DNA of 64,000 nt from an uncultured delta proteobacterium (lineage in GTDB: Bacteria; Desulfobacterota; Binatia; Bin18). Where the stretch lies: assembly GCA_963733195.1 (NCBI GenBank), contig CAVTCR010000033.1, forward strand, positions 64,249-128,248. The letters are read 5' to 3'. The notes below the pieces were generated by a model that did no database searches, was not told where the DNA came from, and saw only the letters and a list, made by a program, of their open reading frames with translations. The translations under genes and the position numbers were made by a program. Positions 19,526-29,421 of this stretch are shown here, in pieces (the first letter of the stretch is position 1; every line of letters begins with the position of its first letter).

Positions 19526-20539
19526 ATGCAACGTCGAGCAATTGCACTGTTTACCCCGACCATTAAAAACATGGTTGAAGTCGCAAAGCTTGCAGATGAT
19601 GCAGGCTTCGATTCAGTTTGGAACGGAGAGTTTTTTAATCGTAACGGCCTTGTTACGCTTGCGGCGGTGGCGCAAGGCACGAAACGGGTGAAGATCGCTA
19701 CTGGCATTGCCTATGCCTACATGCGAAATCCAGTTCTTAATGCGACTGGAGCGATGGATCTCGACGAAATGTCTGACGGACGGATGATCCTTGGATTAGG
19801 CAGCGGGACAAAATCGATGAACGAAGGGTGGTATGGTCAAGCCTTCGAGCCCCGGTCAGCAGCGAAGATGAAAGAATGTGTCGCGCTCATCAGAAAAATT
19901 TGGGCGTCACACAAAGGCATGGGTGTCAGATTTGATGGTGAGTTCTATCATCTTAACATTCCCGCTTTTAGCCGTCCGTACGCTGTGCGTGATCGCATTC
20001 CTTTGTATCTTGCTGGTGTACAAAAGGGGATGTTACGGACGACAGGAGAAGTAGCCGACGGACTAGTTGGTCACCCGCTGTATAGCCGTAAGTACATCGC
20101 CGAGTTTATCAAACCAAACCTTGAGATTGGCGCAAAGCGAGCAGGGCGGAGTATCAGCGATGTCGATCTTACTACGCTGCTCATTACCTCTATCAGTCAT
20201 GACAGAGCACGAGCGATTCAAGATGCGAAGAATCAGATTGCCTTTTATGCGTCAGTGAAATCCTATGAGGGGATTCTCAACTTGCATGGTTGGGAGAAAC
20301 AGAAGCTGGCAATCTGGGAAAATTTCAAAACCTTCAATCTTCCCAAGATGGCTGAGGCGGTCACTGACGATATGGTTGAACAAATCGCCGTTGCTGGTAC
20401 CCCGGATGAATGTCGTGAACAACTCAAGAAGTGGGATGGGTTTGTAAACTTGCCGATTCTTTACACACCGACCGCCGGAGTGAAAGCTGACCGGGTCATG
20501 GAGAATCATCGTCTGATTGTTGAGACCTTTGCGCAGTAA
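19526..20539 (+). CDS. LLM class flavin/F420-dependent oxidoreductase
   Basis: GFDSVWNGE, SDGRMILGLGSG, GEVADG and IAVAGTPDEC motifs. Confidence 0.92.
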   Translation: MQRRAIALFTPTIKNMVEVAKLADDAGFDSVWNGEFFNRNGLVTLAAVAQGTKRVKIATGIAYAYMRNPVLNATGAMDLDEMSDGRMILGLGSGTKSMNEGWYGQAFEPRSAAKMKECVALIRKIWASHKGMGVRFDGEFYHLNIPAFSRPYAVRDRIPLYLAGVQKGMLRTTGEVADGLVGHPLYSRKYIAEFIKPNLEIGAKRAGRSISDVDLTTLLITSISHDRARAIQDAKNQIAFYASVKSYEGILNLHGWEKQKLAIWENFKTFNLPKMAEAVTDDMVEQIAVAGTPDECREQLKKWDGFVNLPILYTPTAGVKADRVMENHRLIVETFAQ

Positions 20540-20568
20540 GCTCAGCTCGCATTACTGAATTAGAGATA

Positions 20569-20598
20569 TAAGGGCACGGCGATATTTCGTGCCCTTAC
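20569..20598. repeat. REP-like palindrome
   Basis: taagggcacggcgatatttcgtgcccttac. Confidence 0.55.
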
Positions 20599-20603
20599 TT
20601 CTT

Positions 20604-21266
20604 ATGATCACGACAATCATCTTTGATGCTGAAGGGGTTGTATTTGATAGTGAACCAGTGTGGGATCGCGCGCAGGTGGAATTCCTGCGACGTCGGAGAA
20701 TTATCTACAAAAGAGAACAACTTAAACCTTTGCTTACAGGAAGGTCGCTAATCGAAGGCGTCCGCGTCATGCAGGAAATGTACGGGTTCCCCGGAAAGCC
20801 AGAGATACTAGCGCAAGAACGTCTCGCTATAGTCAAGGAATTTCTCGGAGTCGGCGTGAATTTTGTCGAAGGCTTTCTGGATTTTTACGAACAAATACAG
20901 AAAAAATATAAAGCTTGCATTGCGACTGCGATGGATCGTACTTTATTTCGAGAAGTAGAAAATTCTTTAAATTTACGCAAGCTCTTTTTGGAAAACATAT
21001 TTTTTATCGACGATGTTCATGGGAAAGGAAAACCTCAGCCTGATATTTTTCTCCATGCTGCGGAACGACTTCAATCCCTAGTTGAGGAATGTCTTGTTAT
21101 TGAGGATGCTCCTTTAGGAATTGAGGCAGCACGAAGAGCTGGTATGCGATGTATCGCATTAACTACGACCTATGAACGGACGAGGTTGCAAGATGCTGAC
21201 GTAGTTGTTGACAGATTTTCTCAGATGATAAAAGGGAACGCGTTAATTATTGGCGATCAAGATTAA
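20604..21266 (+). CDS. HAD family phosphatase (beta-PGM-like)
   Basis: IFDAEGVVFDSE, GKPQPDIF and VIEDAPLGIEAA motifs. Confidence 0.9.
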   Translation: MITTIIFDAEGVVFDSEPVWDRAQVEFLRRRRIIYKREQLKPLLTGRSLIEGVRVMQEMYGFPGKPEILAQERLAIVKEFLGVGVNFVEGFLDFYEQIQKKYKACIATAMDRTLFREVENSLNLRKLFLENIFFIDDVHGKGKPQPDIFLHAAERLQSLVEECLVIEDAPLGIEAARRAGMRCIALTTTYERTRLQDADVVVDRFSQMIKGNALIIGDQD

Positions 21267-21298
21267 AAATCCCAATCCAAAAAAGGCATTATAAACCA

Positions 21299-22270
21299 TC
21301 AACATTTATTTTCTTGAATTGTTTTGCGTGCGCGTGCGCGTTCGAGGTCCATCTCAGTTTTAATTCCTAACGCATTAAGAGCGGTATTCGCTTCTTCCAA
21401 GGACGTACTTGACGCAACGGTTCGCGCTAGGCGTGCTACGGATTCAAACACAGTTGACGGGGTGAGGTAGAATGTAAGGGTGGCTAGAGGGGTGAGTTTC
21501 ACCGTACGCTCATCGTAGCGAATCTTTGCCTCACCCCATGCTCCTTTGGCACAGCGAAGAGGGATCGCACTAGCTTCTGTTGGTACTTTCTCAATGACAT
21601 CTTCGAGTTCGCAAACAATCTGTGGTGTCAGTGCTGACGCTCCGAGAAATCCGCCTGCCTCGGCGACGTGGGCTAGGGCACGTTCGATCTCATCTGTTGT
21701 CAGCTCTCCATCACTGCCGTAGCCGAAGACCCCCCAAATGGCAGGAACCCCCTTCCTCTCCAGTTCGGTAAACGCCGCAAGCATAACAGCATCAGCGAGA
21801 GGACTACGTAATCCTGCTTCTCCACCATAAGCGAGTGAATCTCCTCCCACATCAATTCCGACAATCAGATCTATACCAAGAGTAGATATAGCAGCTTCCA
21901 GACCAGCGATCGCCCCAGCCGCACCTCCGTTGATGTCGATGTGTACCACTTCCCAGCCGTACAACGCAGCCATCTCGGTTTCAGTGAAACGCACGCCGGT
22001 GTGAGAATGGGTAGTGCCGTTCACCATCCATGCGTAAGGATGCAGAACGCGAACATTTCTCACTTCAAGTAATCCTCTCGGACCAGGAAGAGGATCGTAG
22101 ACAAACCGCTCCCATGGTAATCCCCCGAGCGTGAAGCGTAAGCCGCAGAACTCCAGAAATCGTGCAGTGGCGAGAGCCCCAACGACATCACCACCGCCAC
22201 CAACTCCAATCACCAAAGCGTGCGAGCCACGCTGGAGCAATGTTTCGAGAGTTTTTGGTGTTTGCTTCAT
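21299..22270 (-). CDS. DUF1152 family protein
   Basis: GVGGGGDVVG, IDVGGDSLAYGGEAGLRSPLAD and GYGSDGEL motifs. Confidence 0.88.
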   Translation of the reverse strand: MKQTPKTLETLLQRGSHALVIGVGGGGDVVGALATARFLEFCGLRFTLGGLPWERFVYDPLPGPRGLLEVRNVRVLHPYAWMVNGTTHSHTGVRFTETEMAALYGWEVVHIDINGGAAGAIAGLEAAISTLGIDLIVGIDVGGDSLAYGGEAGLRSPLADAVMLAAFTELERKGVPAIWGVFGYGSDGELTTDEIERALAHVAEAGGFLGASALTPQIVCELEDVIEKVPTEASAIPLRCAKGAWGEAKIRYDERTVKLTPLATLTFYLTPSTVFESVARLARTVASSTSLEEANTALNALGIKTEMDLERARARKTIQENKC

Positions 22271-22398
22271 GGCCAGAGCGTTTCGCGTGGAACAGTCGTA
22301 AGTAGTAGGTTAACTATCTAAATGTGAAGTCTTACTTTTATAAATGTTAAAATAATTCGCTGTTTTCGTAATATATGGAAAAAATGTAAGAGCAAATC

Positions 22399-22995
22399 TC
22401 ACTCGTGGATATATACGAAGGTACCAAGTGAAACCATCTTTTCAAATTCTTTCAGATCGGCATTGAGTAGCGAAATACATCCAAGAGTCCAATTGATTTT
22501 CGCGCGATTGAACGCCTCTCGATCGCTACCATGGATACCAACTGCGCCGCCAATGCCAGGCCCCTCACGTTTGTGGCCAGGAACCGTTCCTAATGACAAT
22601 CCTTGCCGGTAGCGGCGGGCATCTTCTTCTGATGGGTAGTCGATTAGCATGAATCGCCACCAGCGCGGGTGTGGGTCTTTATCGATGATAGTATAGAGGC
22701 CATTCGGAGTACGTCGGTCCCCTTGATACAGCTTACGTCCAGGTTTTCTGCCTAGGACGACTGGAAAAGTCCGAACCAATTTCCCATAGTTATAGACATT
22801 GAGTGTTTGGCACGTCTTGTTAACTGTGACGAGCACTTGCTCTTCCTGTCCCCAGGGAAGAGATATTTCGTGATCTACCCGATCAAAGACCTCCACTCGT
22901 GGGGGAGCCTCTTCGGCTAACCGAGGAGTGGGTTTGGTGGGGGTACAGTTTGCTACGGAAAAGAAGAAGAAAAAAATCCAGGATATGCGCCGCAC
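22399..22995 (-). CDS. L,D-transpeptidase (YkuD family), probable lipoprotein
   Basis: GTG start after GAGG; lipobox-like VANC; GDRRTPNG; GIHGS...WTLGCI. Confidence 0.85.
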   Translation of the reverse strand: MRRISWIFFFFFSVANCTPTKPTPRLAEEAPPRVEVFDRVDHEISLPWGQEEQVLVTVNKTCQTLNVYNYGKLVRTFPVVLGRKPGRKLYQGDRRTPNGLYTIIDKDPHPRWWRFMLIDYPSEEDARRYRQGLSLGTVPGHKREGPGIGGAVGIHGSDREAFNRAKINWTLGCISLLNADLKEFEKMVSLGTFVYIHE

Positions 22996-23115
22996 CAGCG
23001 TCAACCTCACCCGAGTTATTATTGAGAAAAACGACCAACTCCGCAACTGTGCTGCGGCCTTGCTCGGGTGCGACGAAGACGATTTAATGCAAGGAACGTT
23101 TCTTGGGAGTGTGGG

Positions 23116-23913
23116 GTGGCAAGAGAAAAAGCCATCGGTATTTTTGACTCTGGTATCGGTGGATTGACAGTCCTCCAGCAAATTGCGCGACTTCTACCGC
23201 ACGAGACCCTTGTGTACCTTGGGGACACGGCACGTTCCCCGTACGGAACCAAGTCTCCTGATGTGGTCCGAGCATATTCATGTGAGAACACCGACTTCTT
23301 ACTTGAACGCGGACTGAAAATGCTGGTGGTGGCGTGCAATACGGCTTCCGCAGTTGCCCTCGACGTCTTACGGGAGCGCTACGAGATTCCCGTAGTTGGA
23401 GTCATTGATCCGGGCGCGCGTGCAGCGATACGTCGAAGCAGGAATGGCCATATCGGTGTGATTGGGACGGAAGCGACCATTGCCAGCGGTGCGTACACGC
23501 ATGCGCTCCGAGAGTTAGACCCTGAGGTTGAGGTGTATTCCCGAGCCTGCCCGATGTTTGTTCCATTGGTAGAAGAGGGGTGGGTGGATAACGAAGTCAC
23601 GCGTGGAGCAGTGGCTCGCTATCTCAGGAGTCTGAAACAAAGTGCCATTGATACTCTCGTGCTCGGCTGTACGCACTATCCACTATTGAAGAAGAGTATT
23701 ACCGAGTTCCTTGGAGCGCAGGTTGGGCTGGTCGACTCGGCAGAAGAAACAGCGAAGGTTGTGAAAGCGACACTGCTCAGCTACGGTTTGATTCGACGCA
23801 AAGGGAGCGGTGGTGCCAGTTTTTTCGTCACCGACGTTCCCGATCGCTTTGTGAAAGTCGGCGCACGCTTCCTTGGTGAGCAGATTGAGTCTGCGGTGCG
23901 AATTGAGCGTTAA
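23116..23913 (+). CDS. murI: Glutamate racemase
   Basis: IGIFDSGIGGLTV, PYGTKS, VACNTAS and LGCTHYP motifs. Confidence 0.97.
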   Translation: MAREKAIGIFDSGIGGLTVLQQIARLLPHETLVYLGDTARSPYGTKSPDVVRAYSCENTDFLLERGLKMLVVACNTASAVALDVLRERYEIPVVGVIDPGARAAIRRSRNGHIGVIGTEATIASGAYTHALRELDPEVEVYSRACPMFVPLVEEGWVDNEVTRGAVARYLRSLKQSAIDTLVLGCTHYPLLKKSITEFLGAQVGLVDSAEETAKVVKATLLSYGLIRRKGSGGASFFVTDVPDRFVKVGARFLGEQIESAVRIER

Positions 23914-24005
23914 ACAGCTACGCTTTTGCTGCCGATGGATGTACAATAGTACCGACCTCACGCAGCTTCCTGCCAGAGAATTTGTAAGGGGGTAGAGAAA
24001 AAACC

Positions 24006-27000
24006 ATGTTCAGCGCCTTACTACGTAAGCTCATCGGCAGCAAGAACGACCGAGAGCTGAAAAGGATCCGTTCGTTGGTAGCAGAAATCAATCAGTTCGA
24101 GCCGGAACTCACCAGTCTTGATATGGATGGGTTGCGAGCAAAAACTGACGAGTTCCGCAAACGTATTGCTGAAGCTACACAAGCTGCGCGAACCCAGTTT
24201 GCGGATGCACTGGAGCAAAGTCGTAACGCCGAGGACGAAGAGGTACGCGTGCAATGGCAAGAGGAGAGCGAGAAGTACGAAAAGGAAGTGCGCCAAGCTG
24301 AAGCTGACGCCCTAACCGAAATCTTGCCGCACGCCTTTGCTGTTGTTCGGGAGACTTCACGCCGAGTGACTGGAATGCGGCATTTCGATAGTCAAATGCT
24401 CGGTGGTGTCGTTTTGCACCAGGGAAAAATCGCCGAGATGAAAACCGGTGAAGGGAAGACTTTGGTGGCGACGTTGCCACTGTATCTCAACGCACTTTTA
24501 GGACGTGGTGCTCATCTGGTGACCGTCAATGATTACCTGGCGCGACGAGACGTACAGTGGATGGGACCAATTTATCACGCGCTCGGGCTCTCGGTTGCTT
24601 CGATTGTGCACGATACCAGTTTCCTCTTTGATCCGACCTATCTGGTCAAAGACTATCGGTACATTAATCTGCGCCCGATCGACCGGAAGGAGGCATATCT
24701 TGCAGACATCACGTACGGGACGAACAATGAGTTCGGGTTTGATTACCTGCGCGACAACATGAAATTCAGCCTCGACGACTATGTGCAGCGTGAACTGCAG
24801 TTCGCCATCGTTGATGAGGTCGACAATATTCTGGTTGATGAAGCTCGGACTCCGCTGATCATTTCTGGACCGGCAGAGGAATCAACGCAAAAGTATTACA
24901 GTCTCAATCGAGTGATCCCACGACTACAGAAAGAAATTGATTACGCGATCGATGAGAAACTACGGACGGCCACCCTCACAGAAGAAGGTATTGCCAAAGT
25001 CGAACGCCTCTTGGGTGTGAAAAACCTCTACGACCCATCTGAAATCGGCACTCTCCATCATGTGAACCAAGCCCTCAAGGCGCATGCCGTGTTCCGTCGC
25101 GACGTTGATTACGTCATCAAAGACGGAGAAGTCATTATCGTCGATGAATTCACCGGTCGGTTGATGCCAGGGCGGCGCTGGTCCGATGGGCTGCATCAAG
25201 CGGTCGAGGCCAAAGAGGGCGTGCGTATTCGTGAGGAGAACCAGACGCTGGCGACCATCACGATTCAGAATTACTTCCGCATGTACAAAAAGTTGGCCGG
25301 GATGACGGGGACAGCAGATACGGAATCCGTCGAGTTCAAGAAGATTTATAATCTTGATGTGGTAGTGATCCCTCCAAATAAGAAAATGGTTCGGATCGAT
25401 CATCCTGACGTAGTATATAAGTCGGAACGCGAGAAATTTGACGCTGTTATTAACGACATCACTGAATGTCATGGACGTGGCCAGCCGGTTCTTGTCGGGA
25501 CGATCTCTGTCGAGAAATCTGAGCATCTCAGCAAATTGCTCAAGAAAAAGGGCATCAAGCACAGTGTACTCAACGCGGTAAATCACGAAGCTGAGGCGAA
25601 CATTATTGCTCAGGCCGGACGCTTCGAGGTTGTGACAATTGCAACCAATATGGCTGGGCGCGGGACGGACATCTTGCTGGGTGGAAACCCGGAGTTCCTC
25701 GCGCGCGCGGAAATCGAAAAGCAATGGGTGAACACGAAACTCGGGACTGGAGCCACAAACGCAAATCAGACAACAAAGAGTTACGAAGAAAGCTTGGAGG
25801 AGCTACGTGCGGAGTACAATGAAGCTGTCAGCCAGGCACGGCAGAAGTACGAAAAAGAATGGCTGCCGTTTGAAGATGCGCGCAATGTTGCACTGAAACG
25901 TATGACGGAAACGTATCGTCCGTTTCTTCACGCCTCATGGCAAAAGGCAAAGTCTGAGTATGAAGAATTTGGTCCCCGTCTCGACGCGCTTAACGGAGGA
26001 GGCATTGAGCCTCCTCTCTTGGCACGTTATGGAGAGGCCCGACTCGCGTATGAACATGCACTGACTGAATACGATAAAGTCATTGGTCCGGCGTTGACTG
26101 AAGACCAAATGCATGAATTCGAGACCGCTCGCACTGAGTATGTGTCGGTTCTTGAAAGTAACGGTGGGACGGTGAAAGAGGCTCGCTTTGACACCGTGCG
26201 TGGTCGCTATGAGAAGCTACTGGGGAATTATAGCCGAGCCGTGTTGCGCCTGACAGAAGGACAGATGAGTGACAATGGAGAAGTCGGGCGGCAATACGAA
26301 GAGGCGCGCGACGCCTACGAAGGGGCGGTGCGCGCGTACGAAGAAGCGGAGCATCACTACGAAGAGAAACACAAGCCGTATGAAGAGGCACTGGCTGCGG
26401 CCGAACGGGCATATGAAGAGCAGCGTCGTGAGCGTGTGAAGGCGGTTGAGGAGGTCCGTGCTCAACTTGAGAAAGCTCCGGATCTGTATAAGCAGCTCTA
26501 TGATGAGGTCTTGGAGAAATATCAAAAGATTTGTGCCGAAGAGCGAGAAAAAGTCGTTGTTGCGGGAGGGTTGCATATTCTCGGAACGGAACGTCACGAG
26601 GCACGCCGCATCGATAATCAATTGCGAGGGCGAGCGGGACGACAAGGAGATGCTGGCTCGTCCCGTTTCTACTTGTCATTAGAAGATGATCTCTTGCGTA
26701 TCTTCGGTGCTGAGCGGATTCAGCGAGTCATGGATCGCTTGGGGATGGAAGAAGGAGAACCTATCGAACACCGTCTTGTCACCCGTGCGATTGAAAATGC
26801 CCAGAAGCGTGTTGAATCCCACAACTTCGATATCCGCAAGCATCTGTTGGAGTATGACGATGTGATGAATAAGCAGCGGGAAGTGATTTACCAACAGCGG
26901 CGTGGATTCTTAGCCGGTGAAAATCTCAAAACAGAAGTGCTAGGAATGGTTGAAGACCTCGCTGATCAAACCGTAGCGAATTATGCGAACGATACTTCAT

Positions 27001-27587
27001 CTCCTGAAGAGTGGGACTGGAAAGCGTTTGATGATGCGCTCTTCCGACAGTTCAACTGTCGCTTGTCTCTCAGTTCGGAAGAACGGGAGGCTCATACACC
27101 AGACTCGCTGACCACATTTGTTCAAGACTCCGTGTTGCGGACGTACGAAGCTAAGGAACGCAACTTCACCCCAGAGGTGATGCGTTATCTTGAGAAGATG
27201 ATTCTTCTGCAGACAATGGATGGGTTGTGGAAAGATCACTTGCTGTCCATGGACCATCTGAAAGAAGGGATCGGCCTGCGAGGATATGCGCAACGGAATC
27301 CTTTGCAAGAGTATCAAAAAGAAGCGTTCGCGATGTTTGAGGCGCTCTCGCAACGTATGCAGGAAGATGTTGTAGAAAAGCTCTTTACCGTACAGATTGC
27401 ACGGCAAGAGGATGCCCAGCGTATCGAGCCTCGTCCAATGCCGCAGCGACAAGTTGTAATGAGCCACGGTGGAGCGGCGATACAATCGCAGCCCGCACAA
27501 CTTAAGCGCGAAGCCCCCAAAGTCGGACGCAATGATGTCTGTCCGTGTGGTAGCGGGAAGAAGTTTAAAAAATGTCACGGAGCGTGA
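24006..27587 (+). CDS. secA: Preprotein translocase SecA with very large VAR-region insertion
   Basis: [40 protein letters not shown] and C-terminal [17 protein letters not shown]. Confidence 0.98.
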   Translation: MFSALLRKLIGSKNDRELKRIRSLVAEINQFEPELTSLDMDGLRAKTDEFRKRIAEATQAARTQFADALEQSRNAEDEEVRVQWQEESEKYEKEVRQAEADALTEILPHAFAVVRETSRRVTGMRHFDSQMLGGVVLHQGKIAEMKTGEGKTLVATLPLYLNALLGRGAHLVTVNDYLARRDVQWMGPIYHALGLSVASIVHDTSFLFDPTYLVKDYRYINLRPIDRKEAYLADITYGTNNEFGFDYLRDNMKFSLDDYVQRELQFAIVDEVDNILVDEARTPLIISGPAEESTQKYYSLNRVIPRLQKEIDYAIDEKLRTATLTEEGIAKVERLLGVKNLYDPSEIGTLHHVNQALKAHAVFRRDVDYVIKDGEVIIVDEFTGRLMPGRRWSDGLHQAVEAKEGVRIREENQTLATITIQNYFRMYKKLAGMTGTADTESVEFKKIYNLDVVVIPPNKKMVRIDHPDVVYKSEREKFDAVINDITECHGRGQPVLVGTISVEKSEHLSKLLKKKGIKHSVLNAVNHEAEANIIAQAGRFEVVTIATNMAGRGTDILLGGNPEFLARAEIEKQWVNTKLGTGATNANQTTKSYEESLEELRAEYNEAVSQARQKYEKEWLPFEDARNVALKRMTETYRPFLHASWQKAKSEYEEFGPRLDALNGGGIEPPLLARYGEARLAYEHALTEYDKVIGPALTEDQMHEFETARTEYVSVLESNGGTVKEARFDTVRGRYEKLLGNYSRAVLRLTEGQMSDNGEVGRQYEEARDAYEGAVRAYEEAEHHYEEKHKPYEEALAAAERAYEEQRRERVKAVEEVRAQLEKAPDLYKQLYDEVLEKYQKICAEEREKVVVAGGLHILGTERHEARRIDNQLRGRAGRQGDAGSSRFYLSLEDDLLRIFGAERIQRVMDRLGMEEGEPIEHRLVTRAIENAQKRVESHNFDIRKHLLEYDDVMNKQREVIYQQRRGFLAGENLKTEVLGMVEDLADQTVANYANDTSSPEEWDWKAFDDALFRQFNCRLSLSSEEREAHTPDSLTTFVQDSVLRTYEAKERNFTPEVMRYLEKMILLQTMDGLWKDHLLSMDHLKEGIGLRGYAQRNPLQEYQKEAFAMFEALSQRMQEDVVEKLFTVQIARQEDAQRIEPRPMPQRQVVMSHGGAAIQSQPAQLKREAPKVGRNDVCPCGSGKKFKKCHGA

Positions 27588-27621
27588 CCTCAGGGAAACG
27601 ACAAGAAGAGGGGAGAAGCGG

Positions 27622-28831
27622 ATGAAAGTGAAGGTGGAGAAGAGACCGATTGTGATTCCAGGATTTCGCTTTGCGGGAGTTGCGTGTGGTCTTAAACCGA
27701 GCGGCAAGAAGGACTTAACACTACTGGTATCTGATGTGCCGGCTACTGCGGTGGCTGCGTTCACTACCAATCAGGTGAAAGCCGCGCCAGTGTTGGTTGG
27801 CCAAGAACAAATGAAATCCGGCCAAATACAAGCTGTGGTGGTTAATAGTGGAAATGCGAATGCCTCTACAGCACGGCCGGGATTGCAGCTTGCGCGTGAT
27901 ACGTGTGCATTCGTCGGACAAACGCTCGGTATTAGCGGCAAACTCGTGTTTCCTTCATCTACCGGGAAGATTGGCGTGTTGCCAGCGTGGGAAAAGATAC
28001 AGGCAGGAATTCAAGCTGCAAGTGCCGCGCTTTCAGTACATGGGTTTTGGCCTGCACTCGCAGGGATCATGACCACCGATGCATTTCCGAAAGTGTCTAC
28101 TCGTCAGCTTGTAATTGACGGTAAGCTGATCTCTATCGCTGGAATGGCCAAAGGGGCAGGGATGATCAATCCCAATATGGCGACTCTGCTGTGCTATGTC
28201 CTGACCGATGCCCGTATCGAGCGGTCCGCGCTGCAACAGGTGCTGGATGAGATGCTACCTGATTCCTTCAATGCGATTTCGGTCGATGGTGATACCAGTA
28301 CAAATGATACACTTTTGCTATTGGCGAACGGGGTTGCCAATAACAGTGAGATTGGACGGAGTAGGAAAAGCTTGACGGTTTTCAAACAAGCGGTCGGAGA
28401 TATCCTCCGAGAGCTTGCCCGACTTGTTGTGAAGGATGGAGAGGGAGCTACGCGTATAGTAGATGTCTTCGTACATGGTGCAAAGACCTCTGCAGATGCG
28501 GAACGAATCGCACGGTCAGTTGCTTACTCCCCACTGGTGAAGACTGCCTTCTTTGGTGGCGATCCGAATTGGGGACGCATCGCGTGCGCAGTAGGATATG
28601 CTGGAGGCGACAGTTAATCCTGATAAACTTGATCTCGCGATTGGGGATGTTCTGATCGGGAAAGATGGCATGAGTACGGGTCGAGAGAGCGAAAAACAAG
28701 CCGCACAAGTAATGCAACAAGCGGAATTTTCAGTCACGCTTAACCTTAATATCGGTCGTGGGACGGCGCATGTCGTGACTTCTGATTTGTCAGTTGGCTA
28801 TGTCCGGTTTAATTCTGCCTACTCTACGTAG
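27622..28831 (+). CDS. argJ: Ornithine acetyltransferase / N-acetylglutamate synthase (frameshift near 28605)
   Basis: NSGNANA, IMTTD, KGAGMINPNMAT, DGDTSTND, KDGEGAT and GGDPNWGRI; tail in 28598..28831. Confidence 0.95.
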
Positions 28832-29421
28832 ATTCCAAGAAGAGTTTCCTTCCTATCCCTAAACTAGAACGTAAAATTTGAATGAGAGCAGTTTTATGGT
28901 ATGCTCCCTTGTGTAATATTGTGTAACATTGTTCGACTTTGTGACAAGCAGCTGAGATATTGCTCTGGCTTGTTCCATAAGTCGTTAATCAGAAAAGAAA
29001 TCGATTTGGTTTCGAGTCGCGATAGTAGGCCCCTCTCATAGTGAAAAAATCTAAAGAGAACAAATGTAAAACCGAAGGATACAACAGAGACCTGAGGTGG
29101 ATTTTTCGAGTTTTGATGCGAAGGAGTGGTGGTTCTGTAACGAATACAGGGGCCACCTACTGAAGCTCAACTAGACGGTCTGACTTCCTTCGTGTGATTG
29201 GTTTTTCTCTAGCCGAGAAGATGAGAAACCAAAGGGGACAGAGACTTCAAGCAAAGCCGCTTAAAGAAGTATTAGTAGTGTCGATCGATTTTCTGCAACG
29301 TAGCATTGCGATTGAGGTTGGCTACGCTTCTGTTGCGCAGGTATAAAGTGAGAAGAGAACGAAAAGAGAAAATGCTGTAGCGCAGATTTTTTCAGAGTTC
29401 CCCTACCACACTGGATCTTCC

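Noticed and set aside
24960-25724. Long antisense ORFs (e.g. 24960..25724, 26997..27770, 9270..9959)
   Set aside because: Shadows of real genes on the opposite strand or in another frame, with no motifs or RBS.
25686-26564. Intein in SecA
   Set aside because: No Cys/Ser start, His-Asn end or LAGLIDADG motifs; composition is coiled-coil-like.
28598-28617. Programmed frameshift in argJ (also LLM near 17500)
   Set aside because: No slippery heptamer or stimulatory structure seen; a single-base indel error is simpler.
28896-28912. Sigma54 promoter (TGGTAT...TTGT) upstream of the EPS operon
   Set aside because: The -24/-12 spacing is off by one and the -12 GC is missing.
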